Shown here one piece after another: positions 62,754 to 64,000 of a DNA stretch of 64,000 bases (positions are counted from its first letter, which is position 1; each line of letters starts with the position of its first letter). A program made the translations under genes and the position numbers. The notes below the pieces were generated by a model that saw only the letters and a list, made by a program, of their open reading frames with translations, searched no databases and was not told where the DNA came from. Source of the stretch: Promethearchaeia archaeon (GTDB lineage: Archaea; Asgardarchaeota; Lokiarchaeia; Sigyniarchaeales; SOKP01); NCBI GenBank assembly GCA_029856045.1, contig JAHQWG010000047.1:192001-256000 (forward strand), written 5' to 3'.

Positions 62754-62866
62754 TCGTTTTTTCTAGTATTTTTATGATTTTATCTAATGTTTAAAATAAA
62801 ATTAGATAAAATAAATAACTTTTTAAAAAAATCCACAAAAAAATCTAAATTAATTTTCATTAAAAA

Positions 62867-63004
62867 TTATTTCAACCTTATCCTTGGATCTGCTATTGCT
62901 AAGGCAATATCAGAGATTAAATTGAAAATACCTACAATTACTGCAATTAATAAAGCAGGAATTAACATTAAAATCCGATAGGCTATATATTTTATTAAAT
63001 TCAT
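62867..63004 (-). CDS. 45-aa mini OppB/DppB-like protein (N- and C-termini joined) or an internally deleted remnant
   Basis: MNLIKYIAYRILMLIPALLIAVIVGIFNLISDIALAIADPRIRLK; KYI..R.L.LIP.L and NL..D......DPRIR are the terminal signatures of OppB/DppB permeases. Confidence 0.65.
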   Translation of the reverse strand: MNLIKYIAYRILMLIPALLIAVIVGIFNLISDIALAIADPRIRLK

Positions 63005-63363
63005 TTCGATTCAATTCTCCATTTTATTTTTCGTTTTATAGTTGTGGGATAATTATACCTTATATATTAGAAACACCAGAAATAACTCATTACTTCCTAA
63101 TTTAATTTTTACTAGCTAATAGACAAATATCCTCTTATTTTTTTACGAATAGTTAATTTTATATCGTATCTATTAATCATCAGATATAACTATTTCATTT
63201 TTGACTAGATTAAATAAAAAAGATACTAATGATTATAATTAGCCTGAATACATTTGATTCGTAAAGATCTCAAATTATTCTCTTATAAACATTTGCCTAG
63301 ATTCCCTTTAATCTTTACCTAAAAAAATTAAAAAAAAAAAGAAAATCAGATTTTAGAAAATTG

Positions 63364-63819
63364 TTACATCAGTAAAACTAGTGCTTCACCTTCAGTTACT
63401 AAGACGTTATCTTGATTATATACATTTGTTTCAACTGTAATGAACTTAAGTTTTCCTTCTGATTTTGTGAATTTTTCTTTAACTGTGGCAACAGCAGTTA
63501 AAGTATCTCCAATATATACGGGTTTTTTAAAATTAACCTTTTGAGATATGTATAGAGCTCCAGGTCCAAAAAGTTTTACACCTAACGCTGCTGAAATTAA
63601 TGAACTACTGAAGCAACCATGAACAACTCTTTTTCCAAATTGTTGGGTTTTTGCAAATTCTTCGTTTACATGAAGAGGATTATAATCTCCTGATATTCCA
63701 GCAAATAGAATTACGTCCGCCTCCGTGACAGTTTTTGCATGAAAAGCGGAATCACCGACATTATAATCATCCCATTTTACATTTTTATGTGTAGGTTTTT
63801 CACTCATAAAATTTTTCAC
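63364..63819 (-). CDS. MaoC/PhaJ-family (R)-enoyl-CoA hydratase
   Basis: FAGISGDYNPLH, RVVHG, FKKPVYIGDTL. Confidence 0.92.
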   Translation of the reverse strand: MKNFMSEKPTHKNVKWDDYNVGDSAFHAKTVTEADVILFAGISGDYNPLHVNEEFAKTQQFGKRVVHGCFSSSLISAALGVKLFGPGALYISQKVNFKKPVYIGDTLTAVATVKEKFTKSEGKLKFITVETNVYNQDNVLVTEGEALVLLM

Positions 63820-64000
63820 TTTAATATATTATTTTATATAAATTTCTATTATATTAAGTCCGAAAAGACTCTTAAATATTTAAAAAAATTCTTCATATTG
63901 AATTAAAATTGAAAAAAAATCGAAAATATTTTGAATTTACCTGTAGTATTTTATTTATTCCAAAACCACGATTAAAGATTAAGTTCTTTTAATTGAACTT

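Overview
Very AT-rich archaeal chromosomal segment. An Asgard (Lokiarchaeia-like) origin is inferred, not proven, from archaeal-type AlaRS, DTD2, CdhE, Lrp regulators and RNase Z together with FtsZ, DnaK/DnaJ, long-form HutU and a type II pantothenate kinase. The first ~27 kb is a redox/O2-stress and proteostasis region: copA, Grx, Isf, NROR-rubredoxin-FprA-ACAD::rubredoxin-OFOR, tusA-dsrE-iscS-iscU, dnaK-dnaJ with a clpB remnant, OsmC, ferritin-like protein, superoxide reductase, rubrerythrin, FTR-Grx and two Cys-tailed Lrp regulators. The rest holds ftsZ, alaS, a histidine utilisation cluster, assorted enzymes, an ABC exporter, rnz, tyrosine phenol-lyase, PanK-II, cdhE and maoC. I saw no rRNA, tRNA, CRISPR array or IS element. 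Reading outside the ORF track gave the main leads: (1) a 36-aa pre-peptide gene directly after a large TPR/SNAP-repeat gene, a layout like RRNPP peptide signalling; (2) at least four conserved genes whose only fitting start codon is ATT or CTG; (3) a small ORF with an in-frame CxxU(TGA) motif in the redox region; (4) a candidate acyl-CoA to rubredoxin to flavodiiron O2-reduction chain; (5) several remnants or mini-genes (clpB, oppB/dppB).
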